Positions 35,085 through 50,209 are shown, counted from the first letter of the stretch. The stretch is 64,000 bases of DNA from Tubulanus polymorphus (GCF_964204645.1 NC_134030.1:14880110-14944109); one strand, 5' to 3'. Made by a program: numbers and translations. Notes: generated by a model not told the origin, from the letters alone.

Positions 35085-36900
35085 TCATCCAGGCTCTCGC
35101 GTATAGATACCGTAGCTGCATTCATTAGCTCTATCCAGGGAAGTTACTGCAAGGATGCTATTGCTTGTATATGCGGCACAAAAATTCCTCAGTTGCGTTC
35201 ACTCGAGACTGACCCCATTCAGTGCGCCACATATATATAAAGATACTAAAAAACTACAGATCTAGTACACCAGCTCTATCACTGCTTACAGGGACACTGG
35301 CACAAACAGACGCACTGACGCGCTGTGGGAATGACACGTAGGCAATACACATACGTAGATGGATACTGTTTGAATCGGGCTTAAATTTCGATGTTTGGAG
35401 GCTCACAGTGAGTAAACAGTGCAATTCTGATTAATATCACGTACAGTATTTGTCAATGCAGCGTAGGACTTGTGATACAGAATGGTTTCACCGTCAGTGA
35501 AAGTAAGTTGCAGTTGTTTATATCCTTTCAGTAAGATCCAGTGTGAAAAAGAATATAATAATAATAAATATAGCTGCAAAGCAGCGATAACGGGTTTCTG
35601 CCTTGCCGGGTTAAATACCGTACTAGGAAGGTTGCAAAAGATTTCACTGAAATCAGTTCATTACATACCACTATCTGTGAAGAAGCGCCACCTAGGGGTC
35701 AGCCTGTATCATGGGTCAGCCCATATCAGGGATATGTTGACCGCATTAAATGCGAAAAATGGATGCTGAAATCGATTTTTCAAAATTTACGCCCCCTAGT
35801 GGTTAAAATGGGAACTAATCATATGAGGGGTTCGTTTTGTTTAGTAACCAGGTACATGTGTATCAATTTTTATAGAAATCCATTAATACCCTTAGTCGAT
35901 ATAGATGAAAATGCGTATTCCATCGTCTTATAGGTGGCGCAACTGGAGAACCATATGAGTTACATAGTTATACCATACATCAATAAAAGCGTCTTCGCAA
36001 GGGCTACTGATCATTTGTCGTAACCACGATTGTATCTCCAACGGTTAAGGAGCTAGGAGCAAAAATCTCATTAAAAAATTTGTGGGCCTATTTTCGAGCC
36101 CGGTCAATCGCAGATAGGGCGTGCCATTCACCGTTTTAACCTCCGGGCTGTTATGAACAACTTTTGTGTTCGCCGGAAGCTGAAAAGTCAAAGACAAAAC
36201 ATTTTCTCACACATTAACTTTTCGATGTCAGGATTTTCAAATGTAAAACACCCCCTGGTGGTCGAACGGGGTCCCCAATCAAAGATCCCTTCGACTTACC
36301 TCAAGGTACCCGTGTTCCGAACATCTCACGAAAGTTTCAAGTAAATCCGTCAAGGAATATTGTAATGCTAGCAGAATATAGTCATCCAGGCTCTCGCGTA
36401 TAGATAGCAGCATTAATTAGCTCTATAAAGACAAGTTACTGCAAGGATGCTATTGCTTGTATATGCGGCTACGAAAATTCCTCAGTTGCGTTCACTCGAG
36501 ACTGACCCCATTCAGTGCGCCACATATATTAGAAGAGATACAAATACTAAAAAATTACATATCTAGTACACCAGCTCTATCAATGCTTATATGGACACTG
36601 ACACAAACACACGTACTGACGCTCTATGGGAATGACACGTAGGCAATACACATACGTACTAGATGGATACTGTTTGAATCGGGCTTAAATTTCGATGTTT
36701 AGAGGCTCAGTGAGTAAACAGTTGAGTTCTAATTAATATTATACACAGTATTTGTCAATGCAGCGTAGTACTTGTGATACAGAATGGTTTCACTGCCAGT
36801 GAAAGTAAATAGCAGTTGTTTATATCCTTTCAGTACGATCCAGTGTGAAAAAGAATATAATAATAATAAATATAGCTGCAAAGCAGCGATAACGGGTTTT
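35085..36900 (+). repeat. Direct repeats ~35085-35600 and ~36382-36900 of an interspersed repeat family
   Basis: TCATCCAGGCTCTCGCGTATAGATA...AAATATAGCTGCAAAGCAGCGATAACGGG occurs twice. Confidence 0.85.
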
Positions 36901-38695
36901 CTGCTGTCTTAGAATCCTGTTCATCGGTGGATTTCGACAAAGCATTTGATAAGGCACAACATCAGTGTCACGATTGCCACGTGACCGGGAAACCTCAAAC
37001 CACTTAACGGAAACTCGTCACGTTGGAAATGAATTTGTTTATTTACACTATGTACAGATAGTAGCAGACAGATACTTATATTCGGCGCAATAACGATCTT
37101 GGCTGCATCAAATCATGCGGTCCGCAATGGATCGCTGCACTTGCAGGGAGCAAGACGGAAAATCGCTCGGCACTTGTAGCCGGGAAAAGTGATAATATCG
37201 ATGCGGCACGTATGCGTCAAATCATGCGTTCCGCAATGGATCGCTGCACTTGCAGGAAGCAAGACGAAAAATCGCTCGGCACTTGTAGCCGGGAAAAGAG
37301 ATAATATCGATGCGGCACGTATAGCCGGACATACAATAATCCACTGGCAGGCGTTAGCTACAAAATATAAGCTAGACACAAAAATACATTTTGAGTATCA
37401 TGCGAATACTACAAATAATGATTTGAAGTTACCTAAATGAACTACCTATCATTAAATTAATCATTACTTCAACTATGTAAGAACACAACTACAATTATAC
37501 TTAATATAGAATTTTAAGTAAATGTCAATAAGGACGTAAGAATCCCACTTAAATATTTAAGTCGCAATAACCTTTACTAAATTTCGACGTTTACGCCAAG
37601 AAACTACTGAATTGTTACTATAAATCACGGAAAACTAGAAAATATAAAACTCGTATAAAACTTACCCCACGTATCGGGCAAAGCGCGCTCGTGGCAGCTG
37701 CGATATACACTCGACGCAGGCTTATGATATACTGCCACGATATATGGCCAGTAAGGGCTTATAAATGCCGTAAAAGTTACGGTCAACAGAGCAAGGTAAA
37801 CCTAGCTAACATAATAAAACAAAGGATACGCTGAGTGAAGATATATAAATTTGACACGTAGTTATTTATCGACCCCATTCGGTCGTGACAATCAGCCATT
37901 ACTAACTAAACAGGCTATTAGGAAACAGTATCAATGATAGGTCGCCCAAATGGCTCAGCAGTTATCTCTGAACGAAAAACTTATAGCCAAAATCAACGGA
38001 ACGCCTCATCTTGGAATAAGTCGGTCTAACTAGTGGAGTCACGCTAGGTAGTATCCTAAGTCGTCTACTGTTTAATGTCCTGACAAATGACATACACAGT
38101 AATCCAAAATATACCGCAAATCAATTGTGACAAAGTATTGATGCGAATGACCTATTTAGTTCATCGACCATGTACCGAACACTATTATTGTGCCCCAGCA
38201 TTTGGGGTCATTCTACTTGAACCCCAACATTCAATATGTCCACCAGATTCTGGTGATGATAAAGTCATTTTAATTTTTCTGCCAACTTCATTTCTTCTTT
38301 CATATTCATCTAACATTAAACATTATTAAGTATGCGTCCCCTTATTGAAATTAGGTTAACTATCTCAATATATCGATGTAACTAGGAAGACCTTATTTAA
38401 AATGTCGTGATTTTTATGTCGACTTTTTGCGATATTGTCTCAATAAATTGCCATACGTATCACGACATTTTAGCTAAAGGAGTGATAATTATGTCGACGG
38501 TACGCGGTTATGTTGAGATACAGACGTCGACATTGGTGAAAGGCGTGATCCGTATAATGATTTATCGTGATATTAACACGATATATCGACTTAATTATGT
38601 CGATAAATCGCGATATATCACGTTTGTTCGACATAATTTCGTCGTGATAAAAGGTCGCGACGGTTTTGTACGGGTCCCATATATACGGAAGTACG

Positions 38696-39089
38696 GAAGC
38701 GATAAAGGGCCTCGAGTTGTCGCGTTCCAACTCGACAAAGTCGCCATATTTATGTCGACATATCGCGATATATTGCTTCAAGTCGACATGAATATGTCGA
38801 AATATTGTGACGTTTCGACGACATATTTTCTCAACCATTTTCCTCGCAACAATTCGACATATTCATGACGACTTGAAACTCAGTCGCCATATAACTGGCG
38901 TCCTCATCTTATATTTCGACGTGTCTTCAAATGACGGCTTGTCCCGTGGAAAATGGGCGAAAAAGCGAAATTTGTCGTGAAAACGTCACGATATGTCGAC
39001 ATATTCATGTCGACTTGACGCGATATGTCGACATAAATATAGCGACTTGTCGAGTTGGAACGCGACAACTCGAGGCCCTTTATCGCTTC
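38696..39089. mobile_element. Foldback MITE-like element with long imperfect TIRs
   Basis: GAAGCGATAAAGGGCCTCGAGTTGTCGCG... / ...CGCGACAACTCGAGGCCCTTTATCGCTTC. Confidence 0.8.
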
Positions 39090-39311
39090 TGACATATAAG
39101 CTTCTGTACATCTTTAGAAAAAGAAATAATATGTGATCTTTCATTAAGTAGGATCACTTGAATGATCGCTTTAATATCACTTTAAAAAAAAAAGAATCTG
39201 CCAAAATGACCTTAATATTCGACACTATATCAGATTAATCGACTTCAAAATAGGCGAAAGCATAAGTCTTTATTACGTTATTAATTGGCCTAATTATTCA
39301 AAAGCTAATAA

Positions 39312-39851
39312 AGTGGTCGACAAAACCAAAAAAATGAAGTGTCGCGGGCGATAAAACCAAAATCTTGAATTGTCACGAGCGACAAAAAACCAAAATATTG
39401 AATTTTCGCGGGCGATAAAACCAAAATAATGAATTGTCGCGGGCGATAAAACAAAATATTGAATTGTCGCAGGCGATAAAACCGCGACAAAAAAAAATTG
39501 TCGCGGGCGATAAAACCAAAATAATGAATTGTCGCGGGATATAAAACCAAAATAATGAATTGTCGCGGGCGATAAAACCAAAATATTGATTTGTCGCGGG
39601 TTACAAAACCAAATTAATGAATTGTCGCGGGCGATAAAACCAAAATAATGAATTGTAGCGGCCGATAAAACCAAAATAATGAATTGTCGCGGGCGATAAA
39701 ACCAAAATAATGAATTGTCGCGGGCGACAAAACCAAAATTATTGTTTTGTCGCTTTATTTTAGTTTTGTCGTTTTGTCATAATGTCGCCCTCATTTGCAT
39801 ATACGTGTTTTTTTACGCATGGCCCTTATCAGCCACCATACTAAAGCCTTA
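39312..39851 (-). repeat. 31-bp satellite array plus unique end sequence (inverted relative to 44443..47100)
   Basis: (AATGAATTGTCGCGGGCGATAAAACCAAAAT)n followed by CTTATCAGCCACCATACTAAAGCCTTA. Confidence 0.9.
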
Positions 39852-40412
39852 AGGTCGCGTAAAACTCGATAAACACTTCAAGCGACACAGCGAACGATCT
39901 CCTTTCCACCACAGCGAACGCTTAACCTAGTAGAGGCTACTAGCCTATGTAAGCCTATGTATATGCGTAGGCCTATCATCCGGACAGATTGGTCGTAGGC
40001 CTTGAATAACAACCCACCTAAATATCGTAAATTTTGTTTTGAAGTTGGATCCAATGAGTCCGTTAATAAACGCAACAATTATACTGTGTTTGTTTGAGAC
40101 AGTAAAGCTCAGTACCGGTAGGCCTAAAGCCGCGTCAAACTCGATAAACACTTCAAGCGACAAAGCGAACGATCTCCTTTCCCCCACAGCGAACGCTTAC
40201 TCCAAATTTCAAGCGTGACTCCAGCATACGGAAAGGAGTGTGTTATATACTTGTATTTAGTAAATACCTTGTGCATTTGACAATGATCGGTATGTTCTGT
40301 AGGAAATATAGAGTATTGATGGTATTGATATAGAGGTTGAAGCCCGCGGCCGAATAAAGTAATATATTCTTTTATTTTGATACCTCGTCGACATAACAGC
40401 GTTTCTCCGCTA

Positions 40413-43400
40413 GACATAATAGACAATATAGACATCCTTGAAAATACTCCGGATGGGAATGGTACCACCCACAGTACTCAAATGGTATTATTTCAAGCAA
40501 ATAACCAGCAGTCAATATCCAGTGAAGACAAGAAGATACGAAGAGATCGAAATCTATGTAGAAATAAAATACGACAATTTCATGAACTCGATTATGTTTA
40601 TAATAGAGGTAGGTAAAAATCAGCAAGGTCACTAAAACTCCTTCAGATCATAATAACTGAAATCAAATTGTGTCGTTCATCAGTGAATTTTGATTGTTTC
40701 AAATCTAATTTAGGACGAGGCACGCCAGGCAAATTTGAACTTAACACGGACTGGTTTTTACCAAGTTCTGAAAGAGAAATGACTAGAAATGTTGAATTGT
40801 GCTGGCTTTTGTCAAGAATCAATGGTCATAAAGTCGTTCCAGGTTGGTCTGGGTACAATGCATTGTGTGAAATGGCCAAAGTGGAGAATGAAAGATTTTG
40901 CACACCAGTAACCAAAGTGGCAGTGCTGCCAATTTTACCATCGCAAGCGGACAATGATGATACAGTTATCACTGTTCTGAATCGATTTTGCCATATTTCC
41001 GAATCTCTGAACCAACCCTTCGTCATAGTATCAGGAGACCAGCCTCTTTACGGCCGTATGAAGGAGATCTTATGGCGCAACGCACCAAAGTACAATCACA
41101 TTGTTACTGTCCTTGGTCATCTTCATATATTAATGAATTTTCAAAAAGCTATAGGACAGCACATGGCTAAATCTGGATTAAAAGACTTATGGATAGAGTC
41201 TCAATTGTTTGCCAAGAATAGCATTGACGCGATTCTAGAGGGCAAAGCATACTACAGAGCGATCAGAGGTCATCTTATTACATATGAAGCAATTAAGCGC
41301 CTACTGTTAGAAAGCACAATCAATCATCTAGCTATCAAATATCCAGTAGCACATGATCGAATCGTCAATAATATTCAACAGCAAATTAAATTTAAGCTAG
41401 AAAAAAACCAAACTATGTATCTGCGTAAGTATTAAGAAAAGTAACTTGTTTTACATAGGCCTAAATAAGTCATTTCATCACGCTGCACATGTTCTTTATT
41501 TTAGAAACAATTAACGAGCTATCACAGATCATATCTGAAAGTCAGATTCGAGATGCTCTAATAAGACGAACGAAAACAGGAACTGAGCGCTTTTGGGATA
41601 CATATTTAGAGATGGTCGAAATAATGCTTGATTTTATCCGTTCCTGCAGAACTGGAAATTGGCAATTGCATTTAGATTCGTTTGAAGCCATGCTCCCATG
41701 GATGGCCATTTATGATCACTATAATTATTCAAGGTGGGGCGTAGTCTATCTGACTGAGATGAAGGCTTTATCATCAACAGCTCCTATGGTACACAGAGAA
41801 TTTCTTCGAGGTAAATTTTGAAAATAAAGAATTTGTGCTTTGAAAAAGATTTTGAAAAGTCTATTTCATAAATAATTTTATTTAAGGAAATTTCGTTGTG
41901 AAGTTTTCGGATGGGTATTTCAACAAAATCCCACTAGATCATGGGACTGAGTGGATTAATAAGATATGTAAGCTATCAAATGGTATCATCGGTATCAGCA
42001 GAGACGAACAAACTCGAGACAAATTTTGTCTGACATGGGCTGTTAAGTCATCTTTGAGTCAACAGTGTAGACTGCTTCTCGGTCTTGTTCAAGATGGAGA
42101 TAAAATCGTTACGAGGAAGGATGCATTACCGTCTACGATTCATAATGATGAAATCTCAATTGGTAATGTAATGGAGACATTTAAACGGTTTGAGGTAAAT
42201 AGAATATCTTGGATGTAAAGAAAAATATTACTTTCGACATTTTATTTCGTGATGATGTTTATTGCAGCACTTCAACAGTAACCCGAATGATATCGTATCA
42301 TTATGCTCCAAAGAGATTGCCACGAAGGAAATTTCCAACGACCTACTGACAGCAAAATCCAGAGGAGAAAACAAAATTGAAATGTTTATTTCGGAAAGAT
42401 TACAGAGTGATAAGACACCATTTTACGCACCAATTTTGAAATGCAAGTCAAGGACATTTGCTGATTTGTACAAAAAACAACCTGTAACCTGTAACAAAGT
42501 TCAAACGAAAGAACACTCAAAGGTGCTACAGAAAATGTTAGTGGTGGCCAATGAGGGTAGACATATCGATTTAGATTCAGTTCTCACACATGAGTTGTGC
42601 GACTTGCCCCTATCACTAGTTTCTAATGACAATTCAATGCGAAAAACTACAAAAAGCAAAATGTTCAAGATCTTGATAGATGAAACGAGAGTGGAACCGC
42701 TTGAAGAAATGCCAAATCATGCACTGTATCATAAACGTGCATTCGTCGTTGATGGATTATTTTATTGCTGATGGTGTATCATCTTGGGCATTTGAACATT
42801 CACGCGTGGCTTGTAACCCAGGGAAAGGCATCGAAATGTTACAATATCAATTTAATCTCAAATGGCCTGCCAAACAACATAATTGAGAGCATATTAGGAT
42901 TTCATGCTCTAACGGGATGTGACTCTACTTCATCTTTTGCTGGATATGGTAAAATAAAATGTTGATCTGAATACAAGAAACAGCCAGAACTACTGAGAGG
43001 TATTGGTCGAGATCGAGAAACTGAACAAGCTGAAGCTTATGTATGTAAACTATACGGTACAAACTCAGATTCAGTTGATGTTAATAAATGCCGTAGTGAC
43101 ATCTTTCGGAAAGGAAATATAGAATTAGAGAAGTTACCCCCAACTAAAGAAGCATTACAACGTCATATAGCCCAAACTATCAAGCAAAAATATGGCTACA
43201 TGCAAACCAGCCCCTATATGAACATGGACAAGCAGCTGCAACCGGAGGCTGGGAACTGAAAGGGAATAATAAGCTGGTTCCTATCTTCAAAACTATTCCT
43301 GCTATTCCAGCTGCATGTCCCGAATTGGTTTCTTGTAAATGTAAGACTGATTGCAGCCGCGCCAACTGTAAATGCAGAAAGAATATTGTCACTTGTACAT

Positions 43401-43445
43401 CTGCATGTGGCTGTTGCCACGAAAACTGCCTAAATAATGATATAA
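40413..43445 (+). pseudogene. Academ transposase with XPG-like nuclease remnant and Cys8/CXC zinc finger; three GT-AG introns
   Basis: DNIDILENTPDGNGTTH, GDQPLY, LGHLHILM, YYRAIRGH, YDHYNYSRW, LDHGTEWIN; FHALTGCDSTSSF; CKCKTDC...CKC...CTSACGC. Introns at about 41425-41504, 41811-41886 and 42195-42267. Confidence 0.8.
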
Positions 43446-44442
43446 AAGTAAATTGCGGTTTAGGGAATATTAGTTAAACTAAAGGTTAAGTAGTATCATG
43501 CCCTAGAAGTAAAGAAAATTCAAGGAATTGCCTCAAAAATGAGCTTTCATTCGACAAATTCGGTGAAAGGGTTCAAAAGATATGGGAGAAAATCTATTTT
43601 TTCAAATAAATGCATAAAATGTATGGTTACCATGGTGACAACGTTTAGTTAAGATTTACTCGTGAACGAATATGGAATGATTTTAAAATTTTAAAGAAAA
43701 AAGATTAAATATGGTTTTAAATAAACGCATCCTCAATTAATCCATTGGTTACGTCAAGAATGTGGACAAATTACGCGATTTTACTGCAATTGCAACAATG
43801 GTTACCATTGTTGAGGACATTTGGAATGTCACGAAAGACCCAACGCCCAAAATACCAGTACCTGACGGATGAAGAACGCAGATTTGAAGTGTTGTTACCA
43901 TAGAAACCAATAAACAGTTAATCCCGATATTGACCAAGTACATGCGAGTTATGAGTAAGTTTAAAGAAATATCAAAATAATCAACAAAAAACATTAACAA
44001 CATCACTATTTGAGCCAATAACCTTTAAAATGAATATTTTATAAGAAATTCGCTATTTTCAAGGGAATATTACACGATTGTTGCTGCTGTAACTAGGTAA
44101 CAAATGAACGTTTGCATAAAATTAACGTTGCGCTATATGCGCTGCAATTCCCCAACTTAGAAAAGGTTTAGATTGTAAAATTACTCCAAACCTAAGATGA
44201 GATATTCGAATTATTTAGCAAAAGTAGTTTAAAGTGTATTTCCTTGCCAAATGAAAATGAAGATGTTTAAATTTCAAAATGTCTGACTTTAACGCCCCCT
44301 GTAGGCCAAAAAACGAAAAAATTGTAAAAGGCATCCACCACACATGATAGCCCACATACTCTGCTATCAAATGAGCACGGATGCCAAGCTGTAACAAAAA
44401 ATGCCGTGATCGTCGAATTTTCCATGATTGGCTGGCTGACTA
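40413..44442 (+). mobile_element. AcademX DNA transposon, 5'-truncated
   Basis: Transposase + XPG-like + Cys-rich domain architecture; right end ...GGCTGACTA fits TAG...CTA termini. Confidence 0.75.
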
Positions 44443-47100
44443 TAAGGCTTTAGTATGGTGGCTGATAAGATTAAAAAAAACACGAATATGCAAATGAGGG
44501 CGACATTACCACAAAACTAAAATAACGCGAGAAAACAATGATTTTGATTTTGTCACCCGCGACAATTCATTATTTTGGTTTTGTCACACGCGACAATTCA
44601 ATACTTTGGTTTTATCGCCCGCGACAATTCATTAGTTTGGTTTTGTCGCCCGCGACAATTCAATATTTTGGTTTTGTCGCCCGCGACAATTCATTATTTT
44701 GGTTTTATCGCCCGCGACAATTCAATATTTTGGTTTTATCGCCCCGACAATTCTTTTTTTGGTTTTGTCGCCCGCGACAATTCATTAGTTTGGTTTTGTC
44801 GCCCGCGACAATTCAACATTTTGGTTTTATCGCCCACGCCAATTCATTATTTTGGTTTTGACGCCCGCGACAATTCATTATTTTGGTTTTATATTTTGTT
44901 TTTGTCGCCTGCGACAATTCAATATTTTGGTTTTATCGCCCGCGACAATTCAATATTTTGGTTTTATCGCCCGCGATAATTCATTATTTTGGTTTTATCG
45001 CCTGCGACAATTCAATATTTTGTTTTTATCGCCCGCGACAATTCATTATTTTGGTTTTGTCGCCCGAGACCATTCATTATTTTGTTTTTATCGCCCGCGA
45101 CAATTCATTATTTTGGTTTTGTCGCCCGCGACAATTCATTATTTTGGTTTTGTCGCCCGAGACCATTCATTATTTTGGTTTTGTCGCCCGCGAGAATTCA
45201 TTATTTTGGTTTTGTCGCCCGCGAGAATTCATTATTTTGGTTTTGTCGCACCTGACAATTCATTATTTTGTTTTTGTCGCCCGCGACAATTCATTAGTTT
45301 GTGTTTTATCGCCCGCGACAATTCAATATTTTTGTTTTATCGCCCGCGACAATTCAATATTTTGGTTTTATTACCCGCGACAATTCATTAGTTTGTTTTC
45401 GTCGCCCGCGACAATTCTTTTTCAGTCCACTTGGGACTTTAGTCCCAGCGGGCTATTGCGTTAACTCTTCGTCCGTCCGTCCGTCCATAGACGGAATCCA
45501 GTTATTTTGGGAAGTTTTGAAGACGCTTCAAGGTAATGTCTTGATATTTAGTTTATACATGTATCTACCCTAGACACATCGTCAGCCCAAAAACTGGCCC
45601 TGTCAGATTCAAGATGGCCGACTGGCAGCCATTGTTGTTCGCCAAAATCAGCACTTTTTAAACATTTTCGAAGTTTTCGTGGGAAATTTTGAAGACGCTT
45701 TGATCAATTACCTTGATCTTTCGTTTATATTTAAATCTACCAAAGGCCCATCAGCATAAGAAAATTGGGTCGATCTGACTCAAGATGGCCGTCCTATGAC
45801 CTTTTTAGTGCCCAAAAATGTCAATTTTGGCCAGAATTCTAGGTCCTGTAGCTTCGTACTGGTTTGCCATTTCTCATTGCAATTGCTGATGGGTATTCTT
45901 TAGACAGGGATGTTTTATACCTGGGACAGGTATTTTTCATCAGCCAATTATGACGCAATTGGCGGCCATCTTGGTGTCATCAGTACTCATTCGTAGGTGG
46001 GAAAAAGTTTTTCCACATTAAATTGATACCTAAGCATATTGTGTTACTATATTCAATTGGAAAGTTGTAGCCCATAACGTGTTCTATGATTTTGGTGAGA
46101 TTCAAGGTCATTTGTTTTTGTATGTGGCCATCAGGGGGCGTTGAATAATACAATAACTTAGTATTGCTATATTATATTTGTACCAAGGCATATTTTGTTA
46201 CCATGATCAATTGCAAAGATGTAGTTCATGACATCCTCTATGATTGTGGTGAGTTTTTAAGGACATTAGTTATTCCATATAGTCACCAGGGGGCGTTGAA
46301 TAGTAGAAAAGCTTAGTTTTTCCTTATTAGATTGGTACCTAGGCATAGTTTGTTACCATGATCCATTGCAAAGTTGTAGTTCATGACATCGTCTATGATT
46401 GTGGTGAGTTTTTAAGGACATTAGTTATTCCATATAGTCACCAGGGGTCGTTGAATAGTAGAATGGCTTAGTATTCCCTTATTAGATTGGTACCTAGGCA
46501 TATTTTGTTACTATGATCAATTGCAAAGTTGTATTTCATGACATATACTACGATTGTGGTGAGGTTTAAGGTCATTGGGTTTTGCATATGGTCACCAGGG
46601 GGCGTTGAATAGTAGAATAGCTTAGTATTTCCATATTAAATTGGTAACGAGGCATATTTTGTTATCACAATCAATTACGAAATCATAGCTTCTCACATGT
46701 TCTATGATTGTGGTGGGTTTCAAGGTCATTGGTTTTTGTATATGGTCACTAGAGGGCGTTATGTATTGAAATTGTTAGATTGTTGAGCATTTGAAACCAC
46801 TTCCCAAGTGAGCATGGTGTCCCTGGACCCCTAGTTTGGTTTTGTCGCCCGCGACAATTTATCATTTTGGTTTTGTCGCACGCAACAATTCAATATTTTG
46901 TTTTTATATCCGCAACAATTCATTATTTTGGTTTTATCGCCCGCGACAATTCAATATTTATGTTTTAACGCCCGCGACAATTCATTATTGTGGTTTTATC
47001 GCCCGCGACAATTCATTATTTTGGTTTTATCGCCTGCGACAATTCATTATTTTTGTTTTGTCGCCCGTGACAGTTCAATATTTTGGTTTTGTCGCCCGTG
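44443..47100 (+). repeat. 31-bp satellite-bearing element, interrupted by a DINE-1-like insertion
   Basis: TAAGGCTTTAGTATGGTGGCTGATAAG then (ATTTTGGTTTTATCGCCCGCGACAATTCATT)n at 44540-45418 and 46835-47100. Confidence 0.9.
45421..46834 (+). mobile_element. Non-autonomous Helentron-associated (DINE-1/HINE-like) element
   Basis: Inserted in a T-run; sub-terminal IR CACTTGGGA/TCCCAAGTG; (GTCC)n; ~154-bp internal tandem repeats; short 3' hairpin; CTAGT end. Confidence 0.8.
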
Positions 47101-48959
47101 GTTTTGTCGGAACATTAAGTTTTTTTTGGTCGAACAGTATGTTAAGGTCGTTTTGGAAATTTACTCGGTCTGGTATATTTTGGATTACTGTGTATGTCAT
47201 TTGTCAGGACATTAAACAGAAGACGACTTAGGATACTACCTTGCGTGACTCCACTAGTTAGACCGTCTCATTCCAAGATGAGGCGTTCCGTTGATTTCGG
47301 TTACAAGTTTCCGTTCAGAGATAACTGCCGAGCCATTTGGGCGACCTATCATTGATACTGTTTCCTAATAGCCTCTTTAGTAATGGCTGATGTTGAGCCT
47401 TATCAAATGCTTTGTTGAAATCCACCGTTGAACAGGATTCTAAGACTGTGCAGAAAACCCGTTATCGCTGCTTGGCAGCTATATTTAGGGTTTTCTGTTA
47501 CATCACAGAAAACCCTATTGAGATTCGCGTGTTTCTTATTAGGGTTTTCTGTTACATCACAGAAAACCCTATTGAGATTCGCGTGTTTCTTATTATTATT
47601 ATTATTATTATTATTTTTTTCCACACATTTTTTGTCAAAAGTACATAGGCTTTTTTACATTACCGCTGTTGCCGATACAATCCGTCTGATATCATTCAGC
47701 TCAGTTCGATCTACAAATACTCCGTGCGAATTTTGAAGAATCAACGTTACAAAAGCACTGTCGGGCCGTAAACATCGAAAATTGAGCCCCATTCAAAGAG
47801 CCGACATGTTTTTCTAAGTCGTCTTTCCGAAATCTACCGCACGTTTCATGTCACATCGATTATCAATTCAAGCATAAATTAACAAATTTGTTACCGAAAG
47901 ATTGCACATTCTGTCGCGGTTTTTAAAAACTAATTTTAACAGTAACCCATTTTCCTCATCAAATTATATTACTGATACACAGGAAATTTACTACTTTAGA
48001 TTTTAAAAGCACTGTCGAGCCGTAAACATCGAAAAATCGACGTGTGTCACTACATCGTCGTTCCGGGGCTGAGAATCAAATCGAGTACAAATTAATTTAT
48101 TACTACCAGTGATTTGGCTGCGGGCGTCAAGCAGTTAATTTAGCAATGTCTATTTTTCTTTTTTAAATTAACCGTGTATTTACTAAGATAAATCATAAGT
48201 GTACCGGGAAGTCGTAGGCCTAAAGTAAACACGCCGAAGCGATATAGCGGAGAAAAGCTGTTATGTCGACGAGGTATCAAAATAAAAGAATGTATTACTT
48301 TATTCGGCCGCGGGCTTCAACCTCTATATCAATACCATCAATAATCTATATTTCCTACAGTACATACTGATCATTGTCAAATGCACAAGGTATTTACTAA
48401 ATACAAGTATATAACACACTCCTTTCCTTATGCTGGACTCACACTTGAAATTTGGAGTAAGTGTTCGCTGTGGGGGAAAGGAGATCGTTCGCTTTGTCGC
48501 TTGAAGTGTTAATCGAGTTTTACGTGGCTTTAGGCCTACCGGTATTGAGCTTTACTGTCTCAAACAAACACAGAATAATTGTTGCGTTTATTGCGACTCA
48601 TTGGATTGAACTTCAAAACAAAATTTTAGACATTTAGGAGGGTTGTTATTCAATAGGCCCACGACCAATCTGTCCGGATGTTAGGCCTACGCATATACAT
48701 ATGCCTACATAGGCTAGTAGCCTCTACTAGGTTAAAGCTAAGTTCACTGTTAAGCAGGAATCAGATTTATTAAAGTGCATGTTAATTAGTGATTTACTGG
48801 TTCTGACTTGCAACGATCAATCACAATTATCAATTTTATTGACAAAAATGAAGATTTTTTTGAAAATTTCATCCGAGCAGACAAATTTATTAGCCAGACT
48901 TTTCATTTGAGTTTTTTCATCATAAAAGAAACTGGTATTTCTTTAATTCCTATGACTTA

Positions 48960-49286
48960 AGCCGGGGTGGGTCGGCCTTGCAGCGGCTTGTAACTCACTG
49001 CGAGGCCATTCACTGCGACCACCAGCGACGATTGTGTCGCAACGACTCATCGACCTACGCTCCCTTGCGACAGGTTGTGACTGTCAGCAACGCCAGTGAC
49101 AAGGAGTCGCACGTGTTCTACTTTCTGCGACGCGACACGCCTGTCACAACCGACCTACGTGCTCTTGCGACTGGCAGAACCTAGTCGCACACAGTCGCTG
49201 ACAATCGTATCGCAACCGATTTGAACCGAAACTTGCGATGCAACGCGAGGATCGCATCACGTCACAAGGCCAACCTACGTCCGGCT
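48960..49286. mobile_element. MITE with TA flanks
   Basis: TA|AGCCGGGGTGGGTCGGCCTTG...CAAGGCCAACCTACGTCCGGCT|TA. Confidence 0.75.
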
Positions 49287-50209
49287 TACTCCGGTGTTAC
49301 TGCGGAGCCCCAGAAATATCTTTTTTCTCGTTCAAAAGACCTTTCGCTTGTAAATTCTTTCTACGGAATAAAATTTATTTCGTTCGAACCAATAATATTC
49401 TGTTCGATTGAACCAATTTGAAAAAATCGTTAGAACAAAGTTGAACAAACTTTTTTATTGAATCTAACAGAATCGTTTTAATTTGAACAGAATTTTCTTG
49501 TCAGAACATTAAGTTTTTCGTTCGAACATGTATATTGTAAATAGTTTTTTCTCCGAACCGAAAGTATTAGGTATTTTGTTCAATCGAACAAAATTGTTTT
49601 CATTCAAACGTTCGTTCGAAAAAATTGTTTTTGCACAACCAAATTTTTTTGCCGGGACAAAGAGTTTTTCATTTCAACAATAACATAGCTTTCAGAATGA
49701 AGAAAAGTTTTGGTTCAAACAAAAAGCGTACAATATTTTCTTGTCGGATCATTAAGTTTTTTGGTCGAACAGCGTGCTAAGGTCGTTTTGGAAATTTACT
49801 CGGTCTGGTACATTTTGGATTACTGTGTATCTCATTTGTCAGGACATTAGAAGACGACTTAGGATACTACCTTGCGTGACTCCACTAGTTAGACCTACTT
49901 ATTCCAAGATGAGGCGTTCCGTTGATTTTGGCTACAAGTTTTCGTTCAGATATAATGCTGAGCCATTTCGGCAACGTATCATTGATACTGTTTCCTAATA
50001 GCCTTGCTTAGTAATGGCTGATGTTGTACCTTATCAAATGCTTTTTCGAAATCATAAAGAGTAATTATCGCCTAACAGTCGATTTTCCAGAGTCAAATAG
50101 GACATCAAGTCCAGTTGTCCATGGTTTCAAGAAGGTCTGATTGACTGTTTGTCGAGCTTCCTCTTATAAAACTGTGTTAACCATTGAACAGAATTCAAAG
50201 ACTGTGCAG

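Noticed and set aside
31109-39095. Numerous 60-150-aa ORFs
   Set aside because: Lie in interspersed repeats, have no recognisable motifs, and are not preserved between duplicate copies.
44538-47231. Overlapping ORFs in all frames / CRISPR-like repeats (also 39294..39674)
   Set aside because: Translation of a 31-bp satellite; no spacers.
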